Source: Thermoanaerobaculia bacterium
GTDB lineage: Bacteria > Acidobacteriota > Thermoanaerobaculia > Multivoradales > UBA5704
NCBI GenBank assembly: GCA_035278895.1
Contig: DATEIO010000954.1
Coordinates: forward strand, 104-64,103
Direction: 5' to 3'
DNA: 64,000 nt
The notes under the pieces were generated by a model. That model worked only from the letters and a program-made list of their open reading frames with translations, ran no database searches and was not told where the DNA came from. Shown here in pieces: positions 41,801 through 47,800 of this stretch; the stretch's first letter is position 1; each line of letters begins with the position of its first letter. The position numbers and the translations under genes were made by a program.

Positions 41801-44800
41801 CCCGACAGCCCGGCCTACAACATGCCGCAGGTGCTGCGCATCCGCGGAGGTCTGGACGTGCCGGCCCTCACTCGTGCTTTCGGCGAGATCGTGCGCCGCC
41901 ACGAGGTGTTGCGCACCACGTTTCCGTCCCTCAACGGCGAGCCGGTGCAGCACATCGATCCGGCGGCGCGGCTCACCTTGCCGATCGTCGACCTAACGGA
42001 TCTGCCGGTGGATGAGCGCGAGGTCTCGGCTCGCCACATGGCTCGCATCGAGGCGCGGACCCCGTTCGATCTGGCGCACGAGCTGCCGGTGCGCGCCCGT
42101 CTGCTCCGTCTCGGCGCGGAGGAGCACGTCCTGCTTCTCACCCTTCATCACATCGCCTCCGATGCCTGGTCGCAGACCGTGCTGGAGCGTGAGGTGGGCG
42201 CGCTGTACCAAGCCTTCTCTGCGGGCCTCCCCGCCCCCTTGCCGGAGCTGCCGGTGCAGTATGCGGACTTCGCGCGGTGGCAGCGGGAGTGGCTCCAGGG
42301 CGAGGTGCTGGAGGGCCAGCTCGCCTTCTGGCGCGATCATCTCGCCGGTGCTCCACCGGTGCTGGATCTTCCGCTGGACCGGCCCCGTCCGCCGGTGGCG
42401 AGCTCGCGGGGCGGCAGCCTTCCGCTCACCCTGCCGACTCCCGTGTCCCGCGCCCTCGCGGAGCTCTGCCGGCGGCGGTCGTCGACGCTGTTCATGGCTC
42501 TGTTGGCGGGCTTCCAGGCCCTGCTGGCCCGCTGCTCCGGCCAGGGGGACGTCAGCGTCGGCACCCCGATCGCCGGCCGCCGTCATCTGGAAACCGAAGG
42601 GCTGATCGGGTTCTTCGTCAACACGCTCGTGCTGCGCAGCCGGATGGAGGACGATCCGGCGTTCGAGGATCTTCTCGGCCAGGCGCGGGAGACGGCGCTC
42701 CAGGCCTATGCGCACCAGGATCTCCCGTTCGAGCGCCTGGTCGACGAGCTGGCGCCGCAGCGCGATCTGGCGAACACGCCGCTCTTCCAGGCGATGCTCG
42801 TTTTGCAAAACGTGACGCGCCAGGGTGTGCGGGCGGGAGGCCTGGAGCTCTCCTCGGCCGGCGGCGAGCCCGGAGTGGCCAAGTTCGATCTGACGCTGGC
42901 GCTGTCCGAAGGGAGCGAAGGGCTCCGCGGCAGCTTCAGCTACCGGGCCGGGCTGTTCGATGCAACGACGATGGAGCGTCTGGCAGATCGCCTCATCACC
43001 CTTCTGGAAGGCGCCGTGGCCAATCCACAGGCCCGCCTCTCCGATCTCCCCCTCCTGACTTCGGCCGAGCGCCAGCAGCTCCTGGCTGCGGCAGAGGGAG
43101 CGGCGAGCGAGATCCCGGAAGCGACCCTGCACGGCCTGATCGAGACGCAGGTCGAGCGCACCCCCGGCGCCGTGGCCGTGGTGTTCGAAGGGGAATCGCT
43201 GACCTACCGCGAGCTGGACCGGCGCGCTACGGCGCTGGCCCACCGGCTGCGCGCCCGGGGCGTCGGTCCGGAGGAGCGGGTGGGCCTCTGCGCCGAACGG
43301 TCGCTCGAGCTGGTGATCGGTCTGCTGGGCATCCTCAAAGCCGGCGGCGCCTGGGTGCCTCTCGACCCGGGCTATCCGGATGCGCGGCTCGCCCTGGTAA
43401 TCGAGGACGCCCGGTTCTCGGTGGTGCTGACGCAGAAGCCCCTCGAAGAACGCCTGGAAGCCCTGGTCGGCGCAGAAACCTGCCTGGTGGATCTGGCAGC
43501 CGGCGCCGCTGCGGATTCCATCGCGATGGAGGCGCGGATGGACAGCGGTTCCGGCCCGGACCATGCGGCCTACGTCCTCTTCACTTCCGGGTCGACCGGA
43601 CGTCCGAAGGGAGCGATCAACACCCACCGCGGCATCGTCAACCGCCTGCTCTGGTTCCAGCGGCAGCGTCCGTTGACGGCCGCTGACCGGGTCCTGCAGA
43701 AGACGCCATTCAGCTTCGACGTCTCGGTATGGGAATTCTTCTGGCCGCTTTTGACCGGCGCGCGCCTGGTGCTGGCCCGTCCGGGCGGTCATCAGGATCC
43801 CGCCTATCTGGCGCGGACCATCGCGGAGGAGGGGATCACCTGTCTGCACTTCGTCCCTTCCATGCTGCGGATCTTCCTGGAAGAGCCCGATCTGTCCGGT
43901 TGCTCCGGCCTGCGGCGGGTGCTCGCGAGCGGTGAGGCCCTGCCGGCCGATCTGGCCGAGAGCTTTGCGGCTCGCCTGGGGCGTCCCTTCGACGTCGAGC
44001 TCCACAACCTGTATGGCCCCACCGAAACCGCGGTGGAGGTGACTTGGCATCTCTGCCAGCCCGGCGAGAAGCGCATCCCGATTGGCCGGCCGGTGGACAA
44101 CGTGCGCATCCAGATCCTCGATCCCCAGAACCGGCTCGCGCCGGTCGGGGTGGCAGGCGAGCTCCACATCGGCGGCGTCCAGGTCGGGCGCGGCTATCTC
44201 GGGCGGCCTGACCTGACAGCAGAGCGCTTCGTGCCCGATCCGTTCGGGCCTCCCGGTACGCGGCTGTACCGGACCGGAGACTTGGCGCGGCAGCTGCCGG
44301 ACGGCGAGGTGGAGTACCTGGGGCGCCTCGACCACCAGGTCAAGGTGCGGGGCTTCCGCATCGAGCTGGCCGAGATCGAGGCGGCCCTGGCGCAGCACCC
44401 GGCCGTTCGCGAGTCCGTGGTCGTGGCGCGCGAAAGGGCGACCGGCACGTTCTTGGCCGCCTACGTGGTGCCGGAGTCCGGGGGGGAGGCCGATCTGGCC
44501 GCGCTGCGGGATCACCTCAAGGACCGCTTGCCGGAGTACATGGTGCCGGCGGCGTGGACGGTGTTGAACGAATTTCCGCTTCTGCCCAACGGCAAGCTCG
44601 ACCGCCGTGCCCTGCCGGACCCCGGCCGGGTCGAGGCGCAGACGGCTGGCGGGCTGGCGCCGCGCACTCCCCTCGAAGAGATCGTTTCGGGGATCTTTGC
44701 CAAGGTGCTCGGGATCGAGCTGCCCGGTGTCGAGACGAGCTTCTTCGAGCTCGGCGGCCACTCCCTGCTTGCCACCCGGCTCATCTCCCGGCTGCGACGG

Positions 44801-47800
44801 GATCTGGGCGTGGACCTCCCGCTGCGGGCGGTCTTCGAAGAACCCACCGCGGCCAGGTTGGCGCGGCAGGTGGAGGAGCGCCTCCGTACGCCGGGCTCCG
44901 CTGCGTCTCCGGCCCTGGTCCGGGCGCCGCGTCCGGAGTACCCGCCGCTCTCCTTCGCCCAGCAGCGGCTCTGGTTCCTCGACTGCCTGGAACCCGGGAG
45001 CCCGGCCTACAACATCCCGCTCGCCCTGCGGGTGGACGGCCCGCTGGAGCGGGCGGCCCTGGAAGGGGGCTTGACCGAGGTGATACGCCGGCACGAGGTC
45101 CTGCGCACCGTGTTCCGGGCGGTGGACGGCGAGCCTTTCCAGGTGATCGAGCCGGCCCGCGCCTGGAGCCTGCCACTGGTGGATCTCTCCGGTCTCCCGG
45201 AAGCGGCGCGCCACTCCGAGGCCCTCCGGCTCGCCCGGACCGAGGCCCGGCGTCCCTTCGACCTCGTGAGGGGGCCGGTCCTGCGCACGGCCCTGGTCAG
45301 GCTCGGAGCCGAAGAGCACCATCTCCTCGTCACCCTGCACCACATCGCGGGAGACGGCTGGTCCCTGAGTCTCCTGAGCCGCGAGATCGGGACCCTCTAC
45401 CGCGATCTCGCCGCCGGACGGCCTTCCTCCTTGCCGGAGCTCCCGGTCCAGTACGCCGACTTCGCCGCGTGGCAGCGGCGGTGGCTTCAGGGCGAGACGC
45501 TGGAGGCCGAGCTGGCCCACTGGCGCAGCCGGCTGCAGGGAGCCCCGGCCCTCCTCGAGCTGCCTGCCGACCGGCCGCGCCCCGCGGTGCCGAGCCGGCG
45601 CGGCCGCGCGATCTCCTTCGCATTGCCGGCCGACCTGACGGCTGCGATCCACGACCTCGGCCGGGCCGAGACAGCGACCCCCTTCATGGTCCTGCTCGCC
45701 GCCTTCCAGGTCCTGCTTGGCCGCTTCTCGGGCCAGGACGACGTCAGCGTCGGCGCCCCGATCGCGGGGCGGACCCGGCTAGAGGTCGAGGGGCTCGTCG
45801 GGTTCTTCGTGAACACCCTCGTCCTGCGCACGGACCTCGCTGGAAATCCGACCTTCCGCGACCTGCTGGCCCGCGTGCGCGAAACCTGTCTCGACGCGCA
45901 TCTCCACCAGGACGTCCCGTTCGAGAAGCTCGTCGAAGAGCTCGAGCCGCAACGGAGCCTGTCGCGGGCGCCGCTGTTCCAGGCCATGCTCGCCTACCAG
46001 AACCTGCCCGAGCCGGACGCGGAGGGCTTCCCCGGCCTGCGCGTGGCTGCGCTGCCGGTCTCCCAGGGCGCCGAGAAGTTCGACCTGACCCTGGCGGTGC
46101 GCGACCGGGAGGGCGGGCTCTCCGGAAGCCTCTCCTACGCTTGCGACCTGTTCGACGCCTCCACGGCCGAGCAGATGCTCGCAAGCTTCTGCGAGCTCCT
46201 GAGCGCGGCGGTGGCCGATCCGGCGCAGCGTGTAACCGATCTGCCCCTGCTGAGCGCGGGCGACCGCGAGCGGATGCTTGCCGGGACGGCCGGACCGGTC
46301 GCGGCCTGGCCCGAGCGGCGGCTCCACGAGCTGTTCGAAGAGAGCGCATGGCGGACGCCGGAGGCCGTGGCCGCCTCCTGCGAAGGGCAGGCGCTCACCT
46401 ACGGCGAGCTTGAAGCGCGGTCCAACCGGCTGGCGCGCTACCTCCGCACGCTGGGCGTGGGGGTGGAGACGCGGGTCGGCATCTGCCTCGATCGCTCGCT
46501 CGACCTCCTGGCCGCCCTGCTCGGGGTGCTCAAGGCCGGAGGTGCCTGGGTACCGCTCGATCCCTCGTATCCGCAGGGGTGGCTGGACCTCGTGCTCCGC
46601 GATGCCGCGGCGCCCGTGGTGGTGACCACCTCGTCCCTGGCGGCACGCTTGCCGGAGAGCCTGCCGGTCCGCCGGCTCCTCCTCGACACTGAACGGCCGG
46701 CCCTCGAGGCGGAGAGCCCCGAGCCGCTGCCGCTCCAGGGCTGCGGACAGAGCGCCGCCTACCTCCTCTACACCTCGGGATCGACCGGCCGTCCCAAGGG
46801 GGTGGTCGTCTCACACACCGCCATCGTCAACCACATGCTCTGGATGCAGGAGGCGTATCCGCTGAAGCCGGGCGACCGGGTCTTCCAGAAGACCCCCTTC
46901 GGCTTCGACGCCTCGATCTGGGAGCTCTTCCTCCCTCTCCTGGCGGGAGCCCGGGTGGTGCTGGCACGGCCAGGCGGGCATCAGGACCCCGCCTACCTCG
47001 TGGAGACCCTGGAGCGGGAGCAGATCACCGTGCTGCAGGTCGTGCCCTCGCTGCTGCGCATGCTCCTGGAAACCCCGGGTCTGGAGCGTTGCGCTCACCT
47101 CCGGCGGCTCTTCTGCGGCGGCGAGGCCCTGCCGCTCGACCTGGTCGAGGACTTCCGGAGCCGGAACGGTGCCGCGGTGATCAACCTCTACGGGCCGACC
47201 GAGGCGGCCATCGACGCCACTTCCTGGGCCTTCGCGCCGGGAACGCGGGGACCGGTCGCCCCCCTCGGCCAACCGATCTCGAACGTGAGCCTCCTGGTTC
47301 TCAACCGCTCAGGGCAGCCGGTCCCGCCGGGAGTCGCGGGAGAGCTTTGCATTGCCGGCACCGCTCTCGCCCGCGGCTACCTCGGCCGGCCGGACCTCAC
47401 CGCCTTATGCTTCGTGCCCGCGCCCTTCGCGGCCGAGCCCGGAGCGCGCCTCTACCGTACCGGCGATGCGGTGCGGCAGCGCGCGGACGGCACCCTGGAG
47501 TTCCTGGGCCGGCTCGACCGCCAGGTCAAGCTGCGGGGATTCCGGATCGAGCTCGAAGAGATCGAGGCCGCTCTGCGGCGGCAGCCGGAGGTCCGGGAGG
47601 CCGCGGTCGTCCTCCAGGAGAACGCGGAAGGGGGGCCGCGTCTGGTCGCCTGCGTAGTCCCGGCCGAGGGCTCGTCCCCCACGGTCGAGGCTCTGCAGCG
47701 CGGGCTGCAGGGCGAGCTGCCGAAGCACATGGTCCCGGCGGTGTTCTCCCTGCGGGATTCCCTGCCCAGGACCCCGAGCGGCAAGCTCGACCGCGGGAAG